Part shown: piece by piece, positions 14,688 to 23,183 of the stretch
Layout of the letters: every line of letters begins with the position of its first letter
How positions within the stretch are numbered: the stretch's first letter is position 1
Source of the DNA: a virus
Lineage: Duplodnaviria; Caudoviricetes
Length of the DNA: 34,386 bases
Reading direction: 5' to 3' (one strand)
Virus record (IMG/VR): IMGVR_UViG_3300043173_000268
Location: 1 to 34,386 of that record
Notes under the pieces: model-generated
What the model saw: the letters and a program-made list of their open reading frames with translations, nothing else
What the model was told of the DNA's origin: nothing
Database searches by the model: none
Program-made: the position numbers and the translations under genes

Positions 14688-15977
14688 ATGCCAATAAATA
14701 CCCCACATCCGAGTTATTCTAAGTTTGAGGAAAAATGGTCAAGAACACGTGACACTTTTGACGGCAGCGATGCGGTCAAAGAGAAGGGAGAGGTGTATTT
14801 GCCTAAACTTGGCGGACAATCAACAAAAGATTATGAAGCATATAAAATGCGAGCTGTTTACTTTGATGGGGTGGATAGAACAGTTAGGGGGCTGGTTGGT
14901 GCAGTTATGCGAGTTAATCCGATTATTAAAGCACCAAAAAAATTAATCGATTTAACTCATGATATAACCAAAACTGGCGTATCGCTTAATAACTTAATTA
15001 GTTTAATGCTCAAAGAGCAGATATTAATGGGTCGTCAAGGCTTGTTAGTTGATTATGATGAGAGACCTTATCTTGTGCATTTTTCAACTGAACAAATTAC
15101 AAATTGGTTTAAAAATACAATCATTTTAAAAGAAAGTCCCGAAAAAGAAAACAATTATAAAATAGAGTATCAAGACCAATATCGAGAATTAACACTTTCA
15201 GACAGCAAATACACTGTCAAAGTTTGGAAAAAAGAAAAAGATGTCTGGGTAGCAGGCAGTGACATTGTGGCTACGCTTAAAAATAAGCCTTTAGATTTTA
15301 TTCCATTTGTTGGAATTTCAAGCGATGGCTTTAATTTAGAACCTTCAAAATCAGCAATATTAGCACTTGCAGATATGTCTTTATCGCTTTATAGAACGTC
15401 TGCAGACTTAGAACATGGCAGACACTACACAGCATTACCAACGCCTTGGGTCACAGGTTATGACTCAAAGTCAGACACTTTAAACATTGGGCCTAGCAGG
15501 GTTTGGGCATTGCCAGACCCTGCTACAAAGGTCGGTCTTTTAGAGTTCACGGGTCAGGGATTAAAAGCATTAGAAGTTGCCGTAGATGAAAAAAAGTCAA
15601 TGATGGCAAGTCTTGGTTCGCAATTATTACAAAGTCAAAAAGCAGGCGTTGAGGCGGCGGATACTGTGCGTTTACGTCAAAATGCTGAGGCTTCAACGTT
15701 AATTAGCTCGGTTAAAATGGTTGAGCAAGCAATAACTAAAGCCTTAAACATTATGAGCGAATGGGGCGGTTTTAATGGTGATATTTCAGTTAAATTAAAT
15801 ACTGATTTCGTTGATACTAAGATAGCGGCTCAAGACATAACAGCGTTAATGAGTGCGTGGCAATCAGGTGCTATCTCTCATGACACATTCTTATTTAATT
15901 TGAAGCGAGGTGAGATTTTAGAACCCAATGTTGATATTAAAACCGAAAAAGAAAAAATAAGCATTGAGAACAGCTAA
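14688..15977 (+). CDS. portal protein (DUF4055-like)
   Basis: Follows TerL; G..AVK..G..YLP, Y..Y..RA, YRTSADLEHG.H.TALPTP. Confidence 0.9.
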   Translation: MPINTPHPSYSKFEEKWSRTRDTFDGSDAVKEKGEVYLPKLGGQSTKDYEAYKMRAVYFDGVDRTVRGLVGAVMRVNPIIKAPKKLIDLTHDITKTGVSLNNLISLMLKEQILMGRQGLLVDYDERPYLVHFSTEQITNWFKNTIILKESPEKENNYKIEYQDQYRELTLSDSKYTVKVWKKEKDVWVAGSDIVATLKNKPLDFIPFVGISSDGFNLEPSKSAILALADMSLSLYRTSADLEHGRHYTALPTPWVTGYDSKSDTLNIGPSRVWALPDPATKVGLLEFTGQGLKALEVAVDEKKSMMASLGSQLLQSQKAGVEAADTVRLRQNAEASTLISSVKMVEQAITKALNIMSEWGGFNGDISVKLNTDFVDTKIAAQDITALMSAWQSGAISHDTFLFNLKRGEILEPNVDIKTEKEKISIENS

Positions 15978-15989
15978 TGGCTAAAAAAA

Positions 15990-16385
15990 ATGATTAAAGT
16001 ATTTTTAGGCGGAACATGTAATGATTCAAACTGGCGTGATGTACTTATGCCCATGTTACTAAACAGAGACATTGAATATTTTAATCCAGTTGTTGATGAC
16101 TGGACTGATGATTGTCAGGCTGAGGAGGAGCGTCAAAAAGAATTATGCACTATACAGCTTTATGTTATAACACCAAAAATGAAAGGTGTATTTTCAATAG
16201 CGGAAGTTGTAGATAGTAGCAATAAACACCCATTGGGCACTATTTTAGTTGTTCTTGAGCAAGATGATGAGTTGAAATTTAATAAAGGTCAAATGATGTC
16301 GTTAAATGCCGTTAAAAAAATGGTGAAAAACAATGGAGCATCAGTATTTGATACTTTAGAACAGATAGCAAATGCCATCAGTTAA
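15990..16385 (+). CDS. nucleoside 2-deoxyribosyltransferase-like protein
   Basis: KVFLGGTCN.S.WR...YFNPVVDDW...E....E.C...LYVITP.M.GVFSIAE. Confidence 0.82.
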   Translation: MIKVFLGGTCNDSNWRDVLMPMLLNRDIEYFNPVVDDWTDDCQAEEERQKELCTIQLYVITPKMKGVFSIAEVVDSSNKHPLGTILVVLEQDDELKFNKGQMMSLNAVKKMVKNNGASVFDTLEQIANAIS

Positions 16386-17427
16386 TGACATTGTCAAAGA
16401 CAAAGCACTAGAGCAATCAATCGAGTTGCAAAGGCTAGAAGCTGGCACTAAAAAAAAAGTTGTTAAAAAAATACAGGCACTTGAAAAAAAACTAATCGCC
16501 CAATTTCTAAAGGCTGATTTATTTTCTAGCCAAAAAAAGCAAGTCATTCAAGCAAGATTAAAAGCATTATTTAAAGAGACCGAAGCCTTTATAAAAAAAT
16601 CTTATGACGGCATTTCTTTAGAGCAAGCAGGCTTATTAACTGCACTTGCTAAATTGATTGAAAAACAATCAGTTAATAACATTAACAAAGCACTAAACAC
16701 AAAATACACCAAGCCAAAATTATCAAAAAATGAATTAAAGGAAATAAGCCAAGTATTAATCGAGGGTGCAACCTCAACTGAATTGTGGACACGCAGAGGC
16801 GATGCGTTTAATAATAAGTTTAAAGATACCGTCAGGGACGGCATTTCAAAGAGACTTACTGGCACTGAAATTGTCAGAATTTTAGAGGGAAATAAAACTT
16901 TTAAAAAGAGAAACGGGGCATTTGCTGGCAATTATCGAAGTGCTGATTTGATGGTTAGAACCTCAATTCATTCAGTAGCTAATAAAGCAAGGGAGGCTAC
17001 TTTTGAAAATAATAACGATATTATTTTGGGCATAGAATGGGTGTCAACGCTAGATGCACGAACTACTAACATCTGCAAGGTGTTGGACGGGCTAATTTGG
17101 GATATAAACACTAAAGAGCCTATTGGTCATGATAAATCATACCCCGGCTCATCGGCCCATTGGGGTTGCAGGTCAGCACAAGTGCCTGTTATTAAAAAAT
17201 ATAACCCATCTATGAAAAAAATCGATGAAAAAACACGGGCGAGCATGGACGGGCAGGTATCGGCTAAATTAGATTACGAAGATTGGCTGAAAACTAAGCC
17301 AACCGATTTTCAAAAAAAAACGCTCGGCCCAAAAAGATATGAACTTTGGAATGATGGTAAAATAGACTTTATGGATTTAACAGACCAAAATAATCAGCCT
17401 TTGAGGCTAGACCAATTGAAAGTATGA
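16372..17427 (+). CDS. minor head / head morphogenesis protein (SPP1 gp7, Mu F-like)
   Basis: VRT..., WVSTLDARTT.IC..LDG, HWGCRS, RASMDGQV.A...Y..WLK. Confidence 0.92.
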   Translation: MPSVNDIVKDKALEQSIELQRLEAGTKKKVVKKIQALEKKLIAQFLKADLFSSQKKQVIQARLKALFKETEAFIKKSYDGISLEQAGLLTALAKLIEKQSVNNINKALNTKYTKPKLSKNELKEISQVLIEGATSTELWTRRGDAFNNKFKDTVRDGISKRLTGTEIVRILEGNKTFKKRNGAFAGNYRSADLMVRTSIHSVANKAREATFENNNDIILGIEWVSTLDARTTNICKVLDGLIWDINTKEPIGHDKSYPGSSAHWGCRSAQVPVIKKYNPSMKKIDEKTRASMDGQVSAKLDYEDWLKTKPTDFQKKTLGPKRYELWNDGKIDFMDLTDQNNQPLRLDQLKV

Positions 17428-17831
17428 ATGAAATTAAGCAACACGATATTAAATTTACGCATAATGAGACAGGTAAAAAACTTAATTTAAATTGTTATTC
17501 TTATAAACTAGAAATATTTAAAACACTAATAACCGTTATAATTGGTTCTTATAATCTTGAAAAATATAATAAATTCTACGGATACCCAAATTCTGAGGCA
17601 CAATGTGATATTAATTGGTTATATATTAATAGTGAAATTATTATATTATTTAAGGACAATCCAAAATCATCAATAATAGCTCACGAATGCCTACATGTTG
17701 CTGATAGTATTTTAAAAAGCATAAACTATGAACGCACATCTAAAATTGATGAAATTAGTGCTTATTTACTGGAGCATTTAATAGAAGTAGTAAACGAATG
17801 TATTATTTTAAATAAGGGAGCAATAGAATGA
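17424..17831 (+). CDS. HExxH metallopeptidase-like protein, paralogue 1
   Basis: IAHECLH...DEISAYL; similar to 22479..22895. Confidence 0.65.
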   Translation: MNEIKQHDIKFTHNETGKKLNLNCYSYKLEIFKTLITVIIGSYNLEKYNKFYGYPNSEAQCDINWLYINSEIIILFKDNPKSSIIAHECLHVADSILKSINYERTSKIDEISAYLLEHLIEVVNECIILNKGAIE

Positions 17832-18517
17832 CAACAGAGGAATTAGAAGCAAAAATCAAAGAACAAGATGAGTTATTAAAAGTTGAAACCGCCAAAGTTG
17901 ACGAATTTCGAACTACAAATATCGCAATGGCTGCAAAGTTTGAGTCGATAGAGGCTAAGTTTAAAGATGTTGATATTGACGAATATTTAAAAATGCAAAA
18001 AGACGTTCAAGAAAACAAAGATAAAGATATGATCGGTGCTGGCAAAATTGACGAATTGGTGGAGCAAAAAGTTAATAAAATTAGGACTGAACAAGTTAAA
18101 AAAATAAAAGATTTACAAGCAAATTCAGACAGTTTGTCTACTCAATTAAACGCACAAGTCGTAGGTAGTGCAGTCAAAACCGCAGCAATTAAAGCAGGGG
18201 TCATTGGTAGTGCTATTGACGATGTTTTAATGCGTGCTAACTCAATGTGGACAGCTAAAGACGGCAAACCAGTTGCGATGAATAAGGATGGTAGCGTTAT
18301 TTGGGTTGAGGGTACGACTGAGCCTTTGACGATTGTTAAATGGATTGAGGGTTTAAGCGATAAAGCCCCGCATTTATTTGCCACATCTACTGGCACAGGT
18401 GCAAAAAATAACCCTAAACCTAACCCAAACGCCAAAACAATAACACGTGAAGCGTTTGACAAAATGAACCAAGCTGATAAAGCAGCTTTTTTCAAAGATG
18501 GCGGTAAATTAGTTTGA
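17828..18517 (+). CDS. capsid scaffolding protein
   Basis: Coiled-coil N-terminus (EFR.TN), APHLF..S.G.GA; directly before the capsid gene. Confidence 0.8.
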   Translation: MTTEELEAKIKEQDELLKVETAKVDEFRTTNIAMAAKFESIEAKFKDVDIDEYLKMQKDVQENKDKDMIGAGKIDELVEQKVNKIRTEQVKKIKDLQANSDSLSTQLNAQVVGSAVKTAAIKAGVIGSAIDDVLMRANSMWTAKDGKPVAMNKDGSVIWVEGTTEPLTIVKWIEGLSDKAPHLFATSTGTGAKNNPKPNPNAKTITREAFDKMNQADKAAFFKDGGKLV

Positions 18518-18541
18518 CAAAAAAAAAATAGTCGCTATAAT
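18514..18541 (+). promoter_or_regulatory. consensus sigma70 promoter upstream of the capsid gene
   Basis: TTGACA (18514), 16-bp spacer, TATAAT (18536); an A10 run spans 18519-18528. Confidence 0.7.
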
Positions 18542-18618
18542 TTCAATTAATCGGTGGCGGGGCTGCTTATTATTCTACGGGGTAGAACAAACTTTTAAAA
18601 ATAATAAGGAGCATTAAA

Positions 18619-19773
18619 ATGCCAAATGCATTAACAGATTTAGCAGCGGATATTTACACCGCAGCGGACATAGTCGCACGTGAACACGTAGGCTTCATTC
18701 CCTCAGTAGTTATTAATGGCAATGGCTCAGAACGAGCCGCAGTTGGTGGCGTTGTGCGTAGTGCATTCACACGTGCCGCAGTTGCTGTCGACCGAAATGT
18801 CAGCATGACGGTTGAAGAGGGTACAGACCAAACTATTGACAACAAAGTGCTAACTATAACTAAAGATCGCTCAGTGCCCATACCTTGGGCTGGAGAGGAA
18901 ATTAAACACGTCAACAATGGTGCAGGATTTACCACAATTTACGGCAATCAAATTAAAGAAGCAATGCGGACTTTGACGAATGAAATGGAAGTTGATTTAA
19001 AAAACGCCGCTTATCAAGGTGCTTCCCGTGCTATTGGTACAGCAGGTACAACGCCTTTTAGTGCTAATTTAGGTGTTTTGGGTGAACTTAAACAACTGTT
19101 TGTTGACAACGGTGCACCCATTAGCTCTAATGAGCGTTCATTGGTTTTAAACAGTGCAACTGATGCGAAAATGTATAACTTAACTCAGTTGACAAGTGCT
19201 AACCAAAAAGGTGATGTTTCATTTTTAGAACAGGGCATTGCGGGCAAACTCAACGGCTTTGGTTTACGAGTCACGGGTGCACCCACAGAGGTCACACAAG
19301 GAACAGGAGCTTCATTTTTAACCTCGGCAGCTGCTAGTGTGGGCGATGTTGCTATCTCAGTCGACACAGGTTCAGGCACTATTCTAGCGGGTGACGTTAT
19401 TACTTTCGCAGGTGATATTAATAAATATGTTGTTGCAATTGCTATGACAGGTAGCACAGTGACTATTGCAGCCCCTGGTTTGTTGCAAAGTTTGGCAGAG
19501 GATGTAGCACTTACCGTAGGCGAGAATTACAGTGCAAATGTAGCGTTTGAGCGTTCAGCTATTGAGTTAGTAGTGCGTGCACCAGCCTTGCCAGTAATTG
19601 GCGGTTCGGCATTCGATGCAGCAGTTGACAGAATGACAATTGTTGACACAGTTAGCGGCATTCCTTTTGAAATTTCTGTCTATCCAGGGCAGGGCAAGGT
19701 GATGATACAAGTAGCCGCCGTTTGGGGTGTTAAAGCGTGGAAACCTGAAAATATTAATATTTTATTGGGGTAA
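18619..19773 (+). CDS. major capsid protein (P22 coat-like)
   Basis: 384 aa after the scaffold; strong AAGGAG RBS; RE.VGFIP.V, WGVKAWKPE. Confidence 0.9.
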   Translation: MPNALTDLAADIYTAADIVAREHVGFIPSVVINGNGSERAAVGGVVRSAFTRAAVAVDRNVSMTVEEGTDQTIDNKVLTITKDRSVPIPWAGEEIKHVNNGAGFTTIYGNQIKEAMRTLTNEMEVDLKNAAYQGASRAIGTAGTTPFSANLGVLGELKQLFVDNGAPISSNERSLVLNSATDAKMYNLTQLTSANQKGDVSFLEQGIAGKLNGFGLRVTGAPTEVTQGTGASFLTSAAASVGDVAISVDTGSGTILAGDVITFAGDINKYVVAIAMTGSTVTIAAPGLLQSLAEDVALTVGENYSANVAFERSAIELVVRAPALPVIGGSAFDAAVDRMTIVDTVSGIPFEISVYPGQGKVMIQVAAVWGVKAWKPENINILLG

Positions 19774-19777
19774 AAAA

Positions 19778-20053
19778 ATGACTGATAAAAAAATGACTGA
19801 TTTTGAGATTAATGCTTTGGCTGAGCGTTTGGCTGAGCGTTTGACTGAAATTGAGGCTGAACGCATTGAGGCTGAACGCATTGAGGCTGAACGCATTGAG
19901 GCAGAACGCATTGAGGCAGAACGCATTGAGGCTGAACGCATTGAGGCTAATAAAATCAAACTTGTCAAAATGAAAAACGATAAAGGCATTATCGCTGATG
20001 TTCATCCTAAAGAAGTTGAAAATTACAAAAAAGGCAATTACGTAAAGGTTTAA
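19778..20053 (+). CDS. small head-associated protein with (IEAER)6 repeat
   Basis: ATG 19778; C-terminal ADVHP.EV.NY...Y; follows the capsid gene. Confidence 0.75.
   Translation: MTDKKMTDFEINALAERLAERLTEIEAERIEAERIEAERIEAERIEAERIEAERIEANKIKLVKMKNDKGIIADVHPKEVENYKKGNYVKV
19850..19948 (+). repeat. 15-bp coding tandem repeat, about 6.6 copies
   Basis: ATTGAGGC(T/A)GAACGC. Confidence 0.95.
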
Positions 20054-20054
20054 A

Positions 20055-20558
20055 ATGGCTATCGATGCAACGCCTAGCGGTGATCATGCTAATAGTTATA
20101 TTTCCATTGCTGATGCAGATGATTATTTTTCAAATCATCTGTACGCTTCGGCTTGGGACGATGCCAGCCTTGAAAATCAGGAAAAAGCATTAAAAACATC
20201 GACCCGTATTCTTGACGAAAAAATCGACTGGATAGGGCTCAAAAACACTAAAGAGCAAGCATTAGCATGGGGCAGAAGTGGCGTTGTAGATGATGGTTAT
20301 GATGTGGATCCAACTATTGTACCTGATGCAGTTAAAAATGCCACAGCTGAATTTGCTAAGTTTTTAATTGCTGATAATTCGACAGAAAATCCAGACGGCC
20401 AAGGCTTGGAAAAGTTAGAAGTGGGGTCAGTAAAATTAACATTTGATAAATCAGATACGCCAGACGTTTTGCCAAATATTGTGCAAGAAATGTTGAGAGG
20501 ATGGGGGGATATTTGGGTTAAGAATAAAATGGCTACAATCCCATTGGTGAGAAATTAA
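20055..20558 (+). CDS. head-tail adaptor (DnaT-like / gp15-type)
   Basis: ANSYIS.ADAD.YF...W...G......QALAW.R...VP.AVK.A..E.A. Confidence 0.85.
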   Translation: MAIDATPSGDHANSYISIADADDYFSNHLYASAWDDASLENQEKALKTSTRILDEKIDWIGLKNTKEQALAWGRSGVVDDGYDVDPTIVPDAVKNATAEFAKFLIADNSTENPDGQGLEKLEVGSVKLTFDKSDTPDVLPNIVQEMLRGWGDIWVKNKMATIPLVRN

Positions 20559-20926
20559 TGCGTGACACAATCGCAAAATTAGTGCAAAGTGCAATCAAAA
20601 CGGTGGGTGACATTGCTGAACCCATCACCTATAACGCCAAAACGGAGGGGAGTTACGACACAAACACAGGTGAAATAAGCGAAAATACAACCGTTTATCC
20701 GCTTAATGCGGTTATTTCAGCGATAAAAGCACCTAGTAATTTTCCGTCGGAAGTTGTTGATGGCATTGCTGATTTTACTGTCTTATTTGCCAGTCTTGAC
20801 TTACCCATTGAGCCAAACACGGGCGATACTATTACACGAATGGGTGAGAATTATAAAATAATTAAACCCATCATTAAAGACCCTGCAGGGGCTTCTACTG
20901 AATTACTTGTCAAAAGAATTGGGTAA
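20558..20926 (+). CDS. head closure / head-tail joining protein
   Basis: Gene order; GSYD..TG, P..GD.I, DPA.A. Confidence 0.75.
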   Translation: MRDTIAKLVQSAIKTVGDIAEPITYNAKTEGSYDTNTGEISENTTVYPLNAVISAIKAPSNFPSEVVDGIADFTVLFASLDLPIEPNTGDTITRMGENYKIIKPIIKDPAGASTELLVKRIG

Positions 20927-21268
20927 ATGAACACTCAAAAATTAATAAATACAATGGACAATGATATTGCAAAATCGGTGCAAAGTTTCTCAGCCAAAGT
21001 TTTATCAAGTCTTGTAAAAAAAACGCCTGTAGACCACGGCTGTGCAGAAAATAACTGGAATTTATCTCATGGCAAAATAGATTTTTCTACCGTAGATTGC
21101 AAACGCAACCCAGCCCTTAATGTTGACGTTTTGAAAACCATCACGGGAAAAAAAGACGTTTACATCACAAACTCATTGCCCTATATTAAAGCGTTAGAAA
21201 ATGGACACAGCAAGCAAGCACCTAAAGGCATGGTTGCCCTAACCGTTGGTCAATTAAAGAACTTATGA
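20927..21268 (+). CDS. neck / tail completion protein (HK97 gp10-like)
   Basis: TPVD.G.A..NW, YITNSLPYI..LENGHSKQAP.GMV. Confidence 0.88.
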   Translation: MNTQKLINTMDNDIAKSVQSFSAKVLSSLVKKTPVDHGCAENNWNLSHGKIDFSTVDCKRNPALNVDVLKTITGKKDVYITNSLPYIKALENGHSKQAPKGMVALTVGQLKNL

Positions 21269-21507
21269 ACCACTGGCACATCAGCAAGAGTGTATCAATC
21301 GGACATTTGGCTACAACATTTGTTATTATTATCAGCGTTGTTACTTACATAACAAATGTTGAACATGCCATTGATGTTAATTTGATAAAAATAAAAAACA
21401 ACAAAGAATTAATTACGTCCAATAATAAAAACATTTTCGCTACGATTAATCGAATAGACAAGCGGTTAGAGACGATTACCAATATTTTATTAAAACAAAA
21501 TAAATAA
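21265..21507 (+). CDS. single-TM coiled-coil protein (holin- or i-spanin-like?)
   Basis: WH.SKSVSIG, a TM helix, then a coiled coil. Confidence 0.55.
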   Translation: MNHWHISKSVSIGHLATTFVIIISVVTYITNVEHAIDVNLIKIKNNKELITSNNKNIFATINRIDKRLETITNILLKQNK

Positions 21508-21510
21508 ATA

Positions 21511-21810
21511 ATGGCAAAATCACAAAATTGGCGAAAGACTAGAGAATATCGCCGTTGGCGAGTCTTGGTCATTCGTAGAGATAAAGTATGCGATGTGTGT
21601 GGCTCAAGACAGCGTAGACACGCACATCATTTAAATTCTGGTGCATATCATCCTAAAGAAAGGTTTGATGTTGATAACGGGGTTACTCTGTGCAGTAAAT
21701 GCCATTCTAACTATCACAATAATTTTAATCGTTCCTATAGGGTTAAAACCACTTTGTATAATTACAATAATTTTAAATCTTTAGTCAAATATCTGAGAGG
21801 GGTTTTATGA
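21511..21810 (+). CDS. HNH endonuclease
   Basis: RRDKVCDVCG...HAHH...RFDVDNGVTLCSKCH..YH. Confidence 0.92.
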   Translation: MAKSQNWRKTREYRRWRVLVIRRDKVCDVCGSRQRRHAHHLNSGAYHPKERFDVDNGVTLCSKCHSNYHNNFNRSYRVKTTLYNYNNFKSLVKYLRGVL

Positions 21811-21884
21811 AAAATTGTGAATTTAACTTGTTTAATAGGATTGGGTTTAACCTCATTAGTTGTTGCTATGTTTTTTAATCATTT

Positions 21885-22058
21885 ATGAAAAATCAAATAT
21901 TTAAAGCAATCATTTTATTATCAATGCTGGTAGTACTTAGTGGGTGCGTAACGATTATCTGCAATTCAACCAGTCGTCAAGAAAAGAGCGAAGTTTTTAC
22001 CGATGAAGCGACCAAGAACCAAGCGGAAAAAATTAACAACAAAGGAGGGCTATTCTAA
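21885..22058 (+). CDS. small lipoprotein (57 aa; o-spanin candidate)
   Basis: Read by hand: MKNQIFKAIILLSMLVVLSG|C lipobox; TAATG-coupled to the next gene. Confidence 0.72.
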   Translation: MKNQIFKAIILLSMLVVLSGCVTIICNSTSRQEKSEVFTDEATKNQAEKINNKGGLF

Positions 22059-22477
22059 TGCCAATCGAAATACTGACAATGTTAGGCGGCGGTGTATCAG
22101 GATTTATTTTTAAAATGATGGCTAATAGCAGTGCAGATATGTACAAACTATTAGCACTGCGATTAAAAGACAAAGAACAAGTGGAAGAAAGTATCAGCAG
22201 TGCTAGAAAATTCACAAACGCGTTTGTAAACTTTACTAGGCGTTTTATTGTTATAGCAGTATTTGCAATGCTTGGCTTCGTGGTGGTTGCAGGTGTATTT
22301 GTTCCTACAAATATCCTAATTGAGGTACTACCTACTTCAATTTTAGGGTTTATTAAATTTGGTGGTGGGGTAGATGTAATCACTGTAGAGGGTTTAGTTG
22401 CTTACCCGTGGTTGCCTGCTATGGCAACGACAATCATTGGTTTTTACTTCGGTCAAGGGTCAGCAAAAAGAACATAA
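22058..22477 (+). CDS. multi-TM membrane protein, putative holin
   Basis: AAGGAGG RBS; 2-3 hydrophobic helices; IIGFYFG near the C-terminus. Confidence 0.6.
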   Translation: MPIEILTMLGGGVSGFIFKMMANSSADMYKLLALRLKDKEQVEESISSARKFTNAFVNFTRRFIVIAVFAMLGFVVVAGVFVPTNILIEVLPTSILGFIKFGGGVDVITVEGLVAYPWLPAMATTIIGFYFGQGSAKRT

Positions 22478-22478
22478 T

Positions 22479-22895
22479 ATGATTAAAATCAAAAAAATAA
22501 AATCTAAATTTATCAACAAGGAAAAAGTCAAGAAAATATCTTTACGTGCTTATTCGTACTATTTAGAAATATATGGTTGTAATATAACAGTAATTTTTGG
22601 CTCTAAAAATCTTGAAAAGTATAATAAATTATTTGACAGAGGAAGTTGCGATGCAATATGTGTGGACTATTTAAAAACTCATCATGGTGAAATCGTTTTG
22701 TTTTTTAAAGATAATCCGAAAATGAGAAGCATATCTCACGAGTGCGTACATGCTTGCAACATGATATTTGAACACATTGGCTACCAATACACTCACGAAG
22801 GGGACGAAATAAACGCATACTTAACAGGACATCTTGTAGCCATAGTATTGAAAGCAAAAAAGAAATATAACAAAGGGAGTAAAAACAATGATTAG
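22479..22895 (+). CDS. HExxH metallopeptidase-like protein, paralogue 2
   Basis: ISHECVHA...DEINAYL; ATG at 22479. Confidence 0.65.
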   Translation: MIKIKKIKSKFINKEKVKKISLRAYSYYLEIYGCNITVIFGSKNLEKYNKLFDRGSCDAICVDYLKTHHGEIVLFFKDNPKMRSISHECVHACNMIFEHIGYQYTHEGDEINAYLTGHLVAIVLKAKKKYNKGSKNND

Positions 22896-23124
22896 AAGCA
22901 CACCAAAAAGAATTGCTAAATCAACTGGGAAACTAGATATGCGTCGACGGGATAATAAAAAAACTCCTGGGAATACGCCATCACTTAGACCTCACAAATG
23001 GGCTAAGGATATGATGACTAAGCAAGAAGTATTAGATACTTTAGAAAAGAAATATACTTTTTGTAATGCCTGTCTGATTGAAGCTAAAAGTATATTTAAA
23101 AGAACTTTTGGTTATGAGATATAA
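22888..23124 (+). CDS. small basic protein (78 aa)
   Basis: ORF track; GGGAG RBS. Confidence 0.6.
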   Translation: MIRSTPKRIAKSTGKLDMRRRDNKKTPGNTPSLRPHKWAKDMMTKQEVLDTLEKKYTFCNACLIEAKSIFKRTFGYEI

Positions 23125-23183
23125 CAATGACTTACATAAAAGATTGTAAAATTTAGCGAAATGCCACACATAGGTTTTAAAGA

